Source of the DNA: Candidatus Treponema caballi
Lineage (GTDB): Bacteria; Spirochaetota; Spirochaetia; Treponematales; Treponemataceae
NCBI GenBank assembly: GCA_018066285.1
Contig: JAGHRS010000024.1
Span: 1,279 to 65,278 of the forward strand
DNA length: 64,000 nucleotides
Reading direction: 5' to 3'
Under the pieces are notes generated by a model that had not been told where the DNA came from, made no database searches, and saw only the letters and a list, made by a program, of their open reading frames with translations. Shown piece by piece: positions 8,556-16,595 of this stretch. The position numbers were made by a program, and so were the translations under genes. The stretch's first letter is position 1; every line of letters begins with the position of its first letter.

Positions 8556-10352
8556 TCAATACGGAATTTTCAGTATGCTTTCCATGATGTCCGCATAATC
8601 TTCGCCATAGTACAACATGCCGTACATAACAGCTGATCTGAGTATTTTCTGCCCGTAAAGGCGCGTCTCTTCGTAGGGAACGGTTTCAAGGAAGATATCC
8701 AGAGGAAGGTTAGGCGTCTTTCTTCGCCAGTTGCGGACACGCGTTATGCCTGCATTGTATGAGAACGCTGCCAGAAGTGTGTCTCCGTCAAGCCGCCCGG
8801 TCAGTTCACTCAGATAGAAACTGCCAAAGCGTACGTTTGTTGCGGCATCATTAAGGTCGTATTCTGCAATTTTAAGCTTCCGGGCTACGTCTCCCGCCGT
8901 TGCTTCCATGAGCTGTGTCAGGCCGTGCGCACCCGCCGCCGACGTAATATCCGCCTGGAAGCAGCTTTCCGAGTGAATGAGTGCGAACAGAATCCAAGGT
9001 TCAAGGCCGTACTGGCGGGCTTCGTCTTCTATAAGCTCCCTGTAATACTGTGGAAAAGAAAGCTTCATCAGTGTCTCATCGCCCGGCCGTGTGCGGGCTG
9101 TCTGCAGCGCCAGGGAAGTAAGCGGCCTGAATCTGCTTTCTGCATCTGCTTTTGAGAGCAGGTACGTGTACGCTTCCTGAATGCTCTGTGTGCTGAAAGT
9201 GCCGCAGTCTCTCTGGAGCGTACGCCAGGCCAGGTCTGGATAATCGTGCTCAATGAACTTACCTAACAGTCGTTCGGTAAATGAAACGTCACTTTCTGCG
9301 GAGGAAGACTCAGAGACAGTGAATTGCGCAGTGAACGGGGTTCCTGTCATGAAACGGGCGAGCAGATCGTAATATGAACCGAATGGTGCGTTTTCAAGCG
9401 CTGTTTCGTACAGTTCTGCGGCAGTTTCAGCTGCGTTTCCGCCTGCATCAGCGTCAGAGCATAGCCCGCATTCCAGGAGCCGTGCACAGATGACAGCGTA
9501 TTTTGCACGGCTCGCGTTACTGAAAAAGGCTTCGTTTTCGCGGAAAACGCGGAAAAACGTTTTCCAGTTGTATCCGGAAAGAAGGTCAGAAGCGAGCCTG
9601 TCAAGGAAATCATCGAAATACTCAGGATTGTTCCATGTTGATGAATAGTTCTGGAGTTTTGCAGCAGCGTTCTGTGAGTTTGATTTGCGTGTCAGTTCAA
9701 GAAAATACCAGAGCGGGCGGTCATAGGTCAGTTCTGAGTATGCTTCTGCACAGGCACGTGTGTAACAGGAAAGAGCTTCCTGCCGTGTTGCAGCTCCGTT
9801 TTTTTCGTAGAGCCGCCCGGCATAAAAAAGAAGTGACCACTTCTCTGCAGCTGAAGTTCCGGTGGGAGCGCGTGTATCTTTGAGATCGGCGGCTTCTTCA
9901 AGGAGCATGGCGGCAGTCCGTTTGTCATCTGCTTTTGTAAGCCAGGACGAAGCGACGTCATCAAGTTCAACCTGAGAAAAGCCCGAAAGCGTCAGAGCGC
10001 TGAACGTGACGGGAAAGTCCTGCTTTATACGCAGAGTAGTCTGCTTCACGGGATGATATTCATGAGCAATGTTTATTGCGTCACGGATGTTCCGGGAAAT
10101 GTCTGTGTACGGATGTTCGGAAAGCAGTTCAAGCAGCTGTTCTGAAGCAATGTCGGCCCATTCGTCACGGCGGATGATGCATTCTGCATAGGTTGAGGCG
10201 GCGTCCTTTATGCTGCCGGAAGAAGAAAGTTCCAGAGCCTGGAAGAAAAGGTCTTCAGAGGGAACTTTCCTGTGTACGCATGAGGTAAGCGTGGTGGCCG
10301 AAAAAAGGGAAGCCAGCAGGATGATGAGGATGAAACGCGCTTTTATTTTCAT
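8556..10352 (-). CDS. Soluble lytic murein transglycosylase (Slt family) lipoprotein
   Basis: Signal peptide plus lipobox LTSC, a long helical superhelix region, and a C-terminal SLT domain (ALIHSESCFQ...GLTQLM...AFSYNAG). Confidence 0.85.
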   Translation of the reverse strand: MKIKARFILIILLASLFSATTLTSCVHRKVPSEDLFFQALELSSSGSIKDAASTYAECIIRRDEWADIASEQLLELLSEHPYTDISRNIRDAINIAHEYHPVKQTTLRIKQDFPVTFSALTLSGFSQVELDDVASSWLTKADDKRTAAMLLEEAADLKDTRAPTGTSAAEKWSLLFYAGRLYEKNGAATRQEALSCYTRACAEAYSELTYDRPLWYFLELTRKSNSQNAAAKLQNYSSTWNNPEYFDDFLDRLASDLLSGYNWKTFFRVFRENEAFFSNASRAKYAVICARLLECGLCSDADAGGNAAETAAELYETALENAPFGSYYDLLARFMTGTPFTAQFTVSESSSAESDVSFTERLLGKFIEHDYPDLAWRTLQRDCGTFSTQSIQEAYTYLLSKADAESRFRPLTSLALQTARTRPGDETLMKLSFPQYYRELIEDEARQYGLEPWILFALIHSESCFQADITSAAGAHGLTQLMEATAGDVARKLKIAEYDLNDAATNVRFGSFYLSELTGRLDGDTLLAAFSYNAGITRVRNWRRKTPNLPLDIFLETVPYEETRLYGQKILRSAVMYGMLYYGEDYADIMESILKIPY

Positions 10353-10355
10353 CTT

Positions 10356-11423
10356 TTAGCGTGGAATGATGAGGATTGTACCTGAAACTATCAGATCAGG
10401 GTTCTTTATGTTGTTTGCCTTTGCTATACGCGGATAAGCCCACGGATTCTTGTAATAACAGCCGGCAATATCCCACAGCGTATCGCCCCATTTTATGAGG
10501 TGCTTGATCTGCTTTGCATCTTCTTCAGCTTCAGGCTCAACGATAACCGGCTGCACCGGGATGATGGGCTCTTCTGCCACAACGATGATGTTTTCGTTTG
10601 GAGAGGGAACATCCTCTTCTGTCTGGTCAGGAATGAGCTGGCCGTCAAATTCATATTCAGGAGCTTCGGTTGTGCTTTTTGAAAGCCACTTTGGCGGTGA
10701 GACAAAGAACATAATGCCGAGAACGCAAAGGCAGATTACTGCGCAGAGAATACAGATGGCAAGCGGGATGGAAACACTGCTTTTTTTTGAGGTTGTTTCA
10801 GGATCATCAAAAAGACTTGCATCCGTGAACGGACTTGTCTGAATGGAAAAGTCGTCGTTTGCTTCATTTTCTGTTGATGTATCGAAATCAGTTGAGAAAT
10901 CTGAAACAATTGAACCTGTCCCCCGGATCTCATCATCGTCAAAACCAAAATCGAGATCTTCTTCAGTGAGAGGCGGAATATCGAATTCTTCAGCAGGTTT
11001 TGGTTCCGGTATTGCAAGATCAAGATCGAAATCAGGGATATCAGGCATATCCTCAATTTCAGGGAAGGCATCCTCTGCAACAGGTGATGGGAAAGAGCCG
11101 ATGGATACTGTTTTGGAAGAGCGGGTGCCGGTTTCTGGGTCTTCAAGCTGTGCTGAAATGTTGCCAGCGATATCTGATGAAACAGTAAGCGATATGGTCG
11201 GCTCATTCATTACGTGGTAATTGAGGTTATCAATGCGTAATGAATCTATATACTCTGCATCGTTCATTGTTTCATCTGAAGAACGGTACAGATGCAGCCT
11301 GATGGAAGTCTGTCCATCACGGGCTGTTGTGAGTTTCAGCTGTTTCTCTGCCTGTTTTCCCGCTGTTAATACAGGGTAGAAAGAGCCATCAGAAAGCTTG
11401 ATTCCAATAATGTCCTTATTCAT
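10356..11423 (-). CDS. LysM-domain membrane protein with an acidic linker
   Basis: C-terminal LysM (HLIKWGDTLWDIAGCYYKNPWAYPRIAKANNIKNPDLIVSGTILIIP), one TM segment and an acidic D/E-rich middle. I use the first ATG at 11423; the ORF-track start at 11468 is TTG. Confidence 0.75.
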   Translation of the reverse strand: MNKDIIGIKLSDGSFYPVLTAGKQAEKQLKLTTARDGQTSIRLHLYRSSDETMNDAEYIDSLRIDNLNYHVMNEPTISLTVSSDIAGNISAQLEDPETGTRSSKTVSIGSFPSPVAEDAFPEIEDMPDIPDFDLDLAIPEPKPAEEFDIPPLTEEDLDFGFDDDEIRGTGSIVSDFSTDFDTSTENEANDDFSIQTSPFTDASLFDDPETTSKKSSVSIPLAICILCAVICLCVLGIMFFVSPPKWLSKSTTEAPEYEFDGQLIPDQTEEDVPSPNENIIVVAEEPIIPVQPVIVEPEAEEDAKQIKHLIKWGDTLWDIAGCYYKNPWAYPRIAKANNIKNPDLIVSGTILIIPR

Positions 11424-11461
11424 TGTATCCACTCGAATTATGTTAGTCTTGTTAAATGTTC

Positions 11462-11490
11462 TTGTCAACGGTATAGGTCAACGTTATAAT
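11462..11490 (+). promoter_or_regulatory. Sigma70-type promoter TTGTCA-N17-TATAAT placed 7 nt upstream of ATG 11498
   Basis: -35 at 11462-11467, a 17-nt spacer, -10 at 11485-11490. No SD lies between the -10 and the ATG. Confidence 0.5.
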
Positions 11491-11497
11491 AGAAGTT

Positions 11498-12847
11498 ATG
11501 GAATCTTTCTTACCTCTGATTATTGCGGGAATTGTTGTTTTATTCGCTGTCATTTTCATTCTTCTCGTTGCTTCAGCAAAGAAATCCGGCGGTACCAGCA
11601 AAGGTGGCAAACCTAAAAACAGTCAGGCACTTATCCGTGACTGTACTAAAAAGCTGGCACAGGATCCTCATAATCCGGCTGGATTAATTCCGCTTTCTGA
11701 TTACTACTATCAGGAGCAGATCTGGGATAAAGCATATCCTCTGTATGATACGATGCTGAATGTTTCAGTAGCTCATCCGGAAATCAATCTTCAGGAAGCA
11801 TCCCTCAGACAGGGAATCTGTGCAATCAAACTCAACAGGTATGATGATGCTCTGCGTGGCCTTACTCAGGCTTTCAAGCTTGAAGGCGATTCATTTGAAA
11901 TAAACTTCTATCTTGGTCAGGCATACTATCAGGTTAAGAAATACGACAAAGCCATTCCTCTGCTCAAAAAAGCCTTCCTGATAAACAAAGAAGTTCCTGA
12001 GACATATAAGTTCCTGGGTCTTTCAATGTACAATTTCCATGACTTCCGTGGTTCACTTCCTTTCCTTAAAAAAGCGTTGGATATCAATCCGGAAGACAAG
12101 GAACTGCTTTTCTGTCTCGCTGAAGCCATGAACGAGATGGGAAATGTGGATAAAGCTCTGAAGATTTACATGCATCTTCGTGCAGATCCGGAATTTGGTG
12201 CCCGCAGCAGTCTGGCTTGTGGAACCATCCATACAAACCAGCGTCAGCTTGATAAGGCTATTCAGGATTTTGAGATTGGTATGCGACACGAAAACGTTCC
12301 TCTTGATGTCCTGACTAACATCCGTTACCGTCTGGCTCATTGTTATCTGCAGGAATCGGATATGGCCAAGGCGCTTACCATTCTGAAGGAAATTCAGGTC
12401 TCTTCTCCGGGATACAAAGATGTTCCAGCTCTTATTGCACGGTATCAGGAATTGAACCAGAACTCTAATCTCAGGGTATATCTCGTTTCTGGAACCAGTG
12501 ACTTCATCAATCTGTGCCGCCGCCTTGTTGCTGTCTATTTTCCGCAGGCATATGTCAAGGTTGTTGATATAACATCGACTACAGAATGTGTTGAAGTTCA
12601 GACTGAAATTGAAACACCTAAATGGGAAGATAACGTTCTGTTCCGTTTTTACCGCACAACAGGTTCAACTGGTGAACTGTTCGTCCGCGATTTCCATGCC
12701 AGAATCCGTGACATGAAGGATGGACGTGGTATCTGTATTACGGCAGGAACATTTACTGAAGAAGCCCGCAAATTCATAGAAGGCCGTCCGATTGACCTTG
12801 TGGATAAGGCCGGACTGCTTAAAATGCTTCAGAAACTCGACCATTAA
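11498..12847 (+). CDS. Membrane-anchored TPR-repeat protein with a C-terminal Mrr-cat-like (restriction endonuclease fold) domain
   Basis: N-terminal TM segment, several TPR-like repeats, and a C-terminus GICITAGTFTEEARKFIEGRPIDLVDKAGLLKML resembling the Mrr_cat tail. The catalytic (D/E)xK region looks degenerate. Confidence 0.7.
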   Translation: MESFLPLIIAGIVVLFAVIFILLVASAKKSGGTSKGGKPKNSQALIRDCTKKLAQDPHNPAGLIPLSDYYYQEQIWDKAYPLYDTMLNVSVAHPEINLQEASLRQGICAIKLNRYDDALRGLTQAFKLEGDSFEINFYLGQAYYQVKKYDKAIPLLKKAFLINKEVPETYKFLGLSMYNFHDFRGSLPFLKKALDINPEDKELLFCLAEAMNEMGNVDKALKIYMHLRADPEFGARSSLACGTIHTNQRQLDKAIQDFEIGMRHENVPLDVLTNIRYRLAHCYLQESDMAKALTILKEIQVSSPGYKDVPALIARYQELNQNSNLRVYLVSGTSDFINLCRRLVAVYFPQAYVKVVDITSTTECVEVQTEIETPKWEDNVLFRFYRTTGSTGELFVRDFHARIRDMKDGRGICITAGTFTEEARKFIEGRPIDLVDKAGLLKMLQKLDH

Positions 12848-12887
12848 TTCCGTTTTTTACCAAGAGTTTTATTTCCTCAAAAAAAAA

Positions 12888-12906
12888 GCTGCCGGAACCC
12901 GGCAGC
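12888..12906. terminator. GC hairpin after the TPR gene (terminator-like)
   Basis: GCTGCCGG-AAC-CCGGCAGC preceded by an A-run. A second AT hairpin lies at 12910-12940. Confidence 0.35.
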
Positions 12907-13078
12907 AACGCATTTTTAAATCCCCTCGTTTTAAAAATGCCTACATGACTTATTAAAAAAGTATATATAAATGGGATAGTTTTAAATAATTTTATTATCT
13001 TCAGTATAGGGTTTCATGTTTTGAATGTCAAGAAAAAAACACTAGATATAGCGTTTTTATTTCGATATACTGTAAATC

Positions 13079-14032
13079 ATGAACAGACCAGTAATTGCAG
13101 TTCCCATGGGTGATCCTGCGGGAATAGGACCAGAAATAATCGTTAAGGCGCTTGCTTCAAAAGACGTTCAGCAGGCAGCAGAAGTCATCATTGCAGGAAA
13201 TGCACAGCTTATTCACAAAGCTGCTGTCTTGTGCGGAATTCCTGAAGAAGTGGAAAGGACGTTCAACATATTGAACATTGAAACTCCTGGGTTGGAGCAG
13301 TTTATCCCCGGTCAGGTGAGTGCTGCCTGCGGTCAGGCGGCTTTTGAGTACATCAAGAAAGCGATTGAGCTTGTTCAGGAAGGAAAAGCCTGTGCAGTTG
13401 CAACGCCGCCAATCAACAAGGAATCGCTTCGTGCGGCTGGCGTTCCTTACATCGGTCACACGGAGATTTTCGGAGCTCTTACCAACACCGCAGACCCGCT
13501 GACCCTTTTTGAGGTGCACGGCATGCGTGTCTTCTTTCTGTCGCGCCATGTTTCCCTCAGAAAAGCATGTGACATGGTGACTAAAGAGCGCATCATGGAT
13601 TATGTCGTAAGATGCAAGAAGGCGCTCGAACAGCTTGGTGTACAGGACGGAACCATGGCTGTTGCAGGCCTTAATCCGCATTCAGGAGAGCACGGACTGT
13701 TTGGCACCGAGGAAGGCGACGCGATTGTTCCCGCTGTTGAAGAGCTTCAGAAACTCGGATACGATGTCGTCGGTCCGGTAAGCGCTGATTCTGTGTTCCA
13801 CCTTGCGCTTAAGGGAAGATACAACAGCGTGCTTTCGCTGTATCACGACCAGGGCCATATCGCCACAAAAACACTCGATTTTGAGCGTACAATTGCCATC
13901 ACCTGCGGTATGCCGGTTCTCAGGACAAGCGTAGACCACGGCACTGCGTTCGATATCGCCTGGCAGAACAAGGCGAGCGCCATCAGCATGATTGAGGCAA
14001 TTCTGCTCGCTGCCAAGTACTCACGCGTCTGA
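13079..14032 (+). CDS. pdxA: PdxA-family NAD-dependent 4-hydroxythreonine-4-phosphate dehydrogenase-like enzyme
   Basis: [27 protein letters not shown] and HDQGHIATK motifs are typical of the PdxA family. The physiological substrate is not inferable. Confidence 0.85.
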   Translation: MNRPVIAVPMGDPAGIGPEIIVKALASKDVQQAAEVIIAGNAQLIHKAAVLCGIPEEVERTFNILNIETPGLEQFIPGQVSAACGQAAFEYIKKAIELVQEGKACAVATPPINKESLRAAGVPYIGHTEIFGALTNTADPLTLFEVHGMRVFFLSRHVSLRKACDMVTKERIMDYVVRCKKALEQLGVQDGTMAVAGLNPHSGEHGLFGTEEGDAIVPAVEELQKLGYDVVGPVSADSVFHLALKGRYNSVLSLYHDQGHIATKTLDFERTIAITCGMPVLRTSVDHGTAFDIAWQNKASAISMIEAILLAAKYSRV

Positions 14033-14041
14033 GCCTTTGCT

Positions 14042-15070
14042 TTATTCCAGCTGTAAGAGAATGTCCGCTTTCAAGGCGCCGGCCATGCGCAGGGAAACGA
14101 GATTTCCTGTCTTTTCGGCGCGGAGAGGGGTAGCCTGTGACAGCCTGTACAGGAACGAATTTGTGTTCAGCGCGTCCTGCAGCAGTGAAACGGTGACCGA
14201 GTAGCTTTTCAGGAAGCCGGCGCCGGTTTCGCTTGTGGATGCTGGGGAGTCTGCGGTGAACAGCATGTACAGCGTTTCTGTGCGGCGTCTGCCGTCTGCT
14301 GTGTACGTGCGGTCGGCGGTCAGAAGGAACGTACCGTTTGTTTCAGGTGTCGAAATGTATAAATCAGTGAAAGAAGAGAGAATGTCGTAGCCGGCGACCC
14401 GGAAGCGGATGAGTCCGGGCGCGTTTGCAGATGCTGTGATGGCGGTGCTTTCAGAGCTTGATGCGGCAGAAGAAGTGGTAGAGCTGCCTGCCTGCACTGC
14501 AAGTTGTTTTGAAAGCTGGTCGAGCTTATCAATGATTTCTGTGAGCAGGACAGTTGTCGTTGTGTTAGTGCCGCCGAGCGTTGTTCCTGAAAGCGCTGTA
14601 AGCAGTGACAGGTCATCGGAGGAGGAACTGCTTCCGAGCAGCGATGTCAGAAGGGAAGAGTCACTGTCGCTTCCTAAAAGCGCTGAGAGCGTGCTGAGTC
14701 CTGTGGTTGAAGACAGGCCCAGAAGCGATGACGCGGTGAGTCCTGTACCGCGTGTGCTGGAACTGGATGAGCTGGAAGAACTGTCTGAAGTAGAGACGCT
14801 GCCGACAGAAAGAGACGGCATTGAAGGCATGGAAGGGCCTGAAATTTCGGGCATGCTGAGTGAAGGCATGCTTTGTGCGGCGGGCTGTGCAATGGTTGCT
14901 GCAAGCAGCAGTGCTATGAGGACAGCGATGCGGGCTGACGGAACCGTCAGTTTTTTACAGCACAGACAGCTTTTCTTCGACCATTTCAAGGCGTGAAGAC
15001 AGCTGCTCAATCGTTTTTTCAAGGCGTTTCTTTTCCTTCTCAAGACGGGTGCGGACATCGATATCCTCAA
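14042..15070 (-). CDS. Secreted Ser/Thr-rich low-complexity protein (hypothetical)
   Basis: Hydrophobic signal-like segment ARIAVLIALLLAATIAQPAAQ, long S/T/L low-complexity tract, and a structured C-terminal domain of about 130 aa. The start is uncertain, because the ORF overlaps the upstream gene by 116 nt. Confidence 0.55.
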   Translation of the reverse strand: MRISMSAPVLRRKRNALKKRLSSCLHALKWSKKSCLCCKKLTVPSARIAVLIALLLAATIAQPAAQSMPSLSMPEISGPSMPSMPSLSVGSVSTSDSSSSSSSSSTRGTGLTASSLLGLSSTTGLSTLSALLGSDSDSSLLTSLLGSSSSSDDLSLLTALSGTTLGGTNTTTTVLLTEIIDKLDQLSKQLAVQAGSSTTSSAASSSESTAITASANAPGLIRFRVAGYDILSSFTDLYISTPETNGTFLLTADRTYTADGRRRTETLYMLFTADSPASTSETGAGFLKSYSVTVSLLQDALNTNSFLYRLSQATPLRAEKTGNLVSLRMAGALKADILLQLE

Positions 15071-15758
15071 CCTTCTTTTTCATCATCTGGCGGACGGTGT
15101 CAGGGCTTTTTCCGGCGAGAATCTGCTCTTCAGCCTCAGTTCTCTTCTGTGGATTTGAGATGGCTGACACAATCTTCATATTATCATATCCCAAAGCTGG
15201 GTTCAGGTTATCTCGGCTGATTTTGCGGATTGATGTTGCGGCTGTACGGGGCAGGCGGAGGATGCGGTCAATGTAATCCTCATAGCGGATGTTCGCCTTT
15301 TCACAGAGGTCGTGCGCTTCCTTGAGCTTCTTTCCGAACTCAAGCATGAGCTCACCGTTCTTCTCGATGTAGTTCTTGCGGATATCCTCAGTGAGGGCGG
15401 CGAGTTCAGGTGCATCCTCAAGGCCCATGACGTACAGGCCCTGCTGTTCGGCTATTTCAAGCAGTGAGTGGAACTTTGCCCAGAACTCGTTTGTGTGCGC
15501 ACGGCCGCTGCCATAATCAAGGCCGTTTGTCTCATCAAGTTTCTTTTCGGTAAGCAGATGATGCGTGTATTCGTGGATGGCAGTGTAGACCATCATGTTG
15601 TCTGATTTGAAGTTCTTGTTGTGCAGAATGATTTCATGGGTATCAGGTTTATACAGGCCGTTTACTTTCGGGCTTTCCTTTCCTGAAAGCGTGACGGTGA
15701 AATCTATATCTGTGTTTTCAAGCTTCAAAAGCATTTCCTTTATTGCATCGTTGTTCAT
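14955..15758 (-). CDS. Hypothetical protein with an HExxH zinc-metallopeptidase-like motif
   Basis: AIHEYTHHLL motif in an N-terminal domain of about 100 aa, with a helical/coiled-coil C-terminus. TAATG junction with rsmE (shared base 15758). Confidence 0.6.
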   Translation of the reverse strand: MNNDAIKEMLLKLENTDIDFTVTLSGKESPKVNGLYKPDTHEIILHNKNFKSDNMMVYTAIHEYTHHLLTEKKLDETNGLDYGSGRAHTNEFWAKFHSLLEIAEQQGLYVMGLEDAPELAALTEDIRKNYIEKNGELMLEFGKKLKEAHDLCEKANIRYEDYIDRILRLPRTAATSIRKISRDNLNPALGYDNMKIVSAISNPQKRTEAEEQILAGKSPDTVRQMMKKKVEDIDVRTRLEKEKKRLEKTIEQLSSRLEMVEEKLSVL

Positions 15759-16525
15759 TACAGAACCTCCATTGATTGTAAGATGATTGTCGCGGCGACA
15801 GTTGCGGCTGTCTCTGTCCGGAGTACGCGGCTTCCCATTGAGCAGGACGCGAATCCTGCAGCCTTGAACTGATCTCGCTCATTGTCTGTCCAGCCGCGTT
15901 CGCTTCCAATAGACGCGTACACGTGTGGCGACTTTGCTTCGGCGAGCTTAGTCTGCATGCAGGAGAACAGGCTTCCGTCAGGCTTTACGTTGTCGAGCAT
16001 GACGCGGATGTCGCCAGAGCCTGTGCTTTTAAAAGCAGCTCCGCTTTCATCAGCGAGGACGGCGAGGCATGCTTTCACGGACGGGAAGAGTCTGAGTTCT
16101 GGAACGTGTGTGCTTTTTGCCTGTGCGGTGCCATCAATAAGGGCAGCTCGGGCCGCTCCTTTTTCAACTATGTTTGAATCCATGTAGGATTTTTCACCAA
16201 GTTCGGTGCCGCACAGCCAGACTGACTGAACGCCCAGTCCTGCAACATCGCGGAAAAGGCGTTTCAGCTGAATCGGGCGGGGGAAGCCGACAATCAGCGT
16301 AACGGGAAAAAGAGGCTTTCCATCTGACTGCGGGGTAAATCTGAAGGAAATGCCTTCCTCTGTATCCGCAGTAATGACAGCCTGTCCTGCCTGTCCGTCG
16401 ATGATGCCTGCTTCAAATGAATCGCCCACGCTTTTATGCAGGACTTTCCGGATATGGACTGTCCGCTCATCCCGCGGTGGCAGAGGTTTTGAGAGTTCAT
16501 CCTGTGAAAACAAAACAATATTCAT
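15758..16525 (-). CDS. rsmE: 16S rRNA (uracil1498-N3)-methyltransferase RsmE
   Basis: PUA-like N-terminus (H..KVLHKSVGDSF) and C-terminal SPOUT knot GSERGWTDNE...LRTETAA. Confidence 0.85.
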   Translation of the reverse strand: MNIVLFSQDELSKPLPPRDERTVHIRKVLHKSVGDSFEAGIIDGQAGQAVITADTEEGISFRFTPQSDGKPLFPVTLIVGFPRPIQLKRLFRDVAGLGVQSVWLCGTELGEKSYMDSNIVEKGAARAALIDGTAQAKSTHVPELRLFPSVKACLAVLADESGAAFKSTGSGDIRVMLDNVKPDGSLFSCMQTKLAEAKSPHVYASIGSERGWTDNERDQFKAAGFASCSMGSRVLRTETAATVAATIILQSMEVL

Positions 16526-16595
16526 GATTCTTATAAAGTATAGCAGAAATTGCTTTTTCTATTAAGAACATTTTTAAAAAACCGATATTAGTTGT

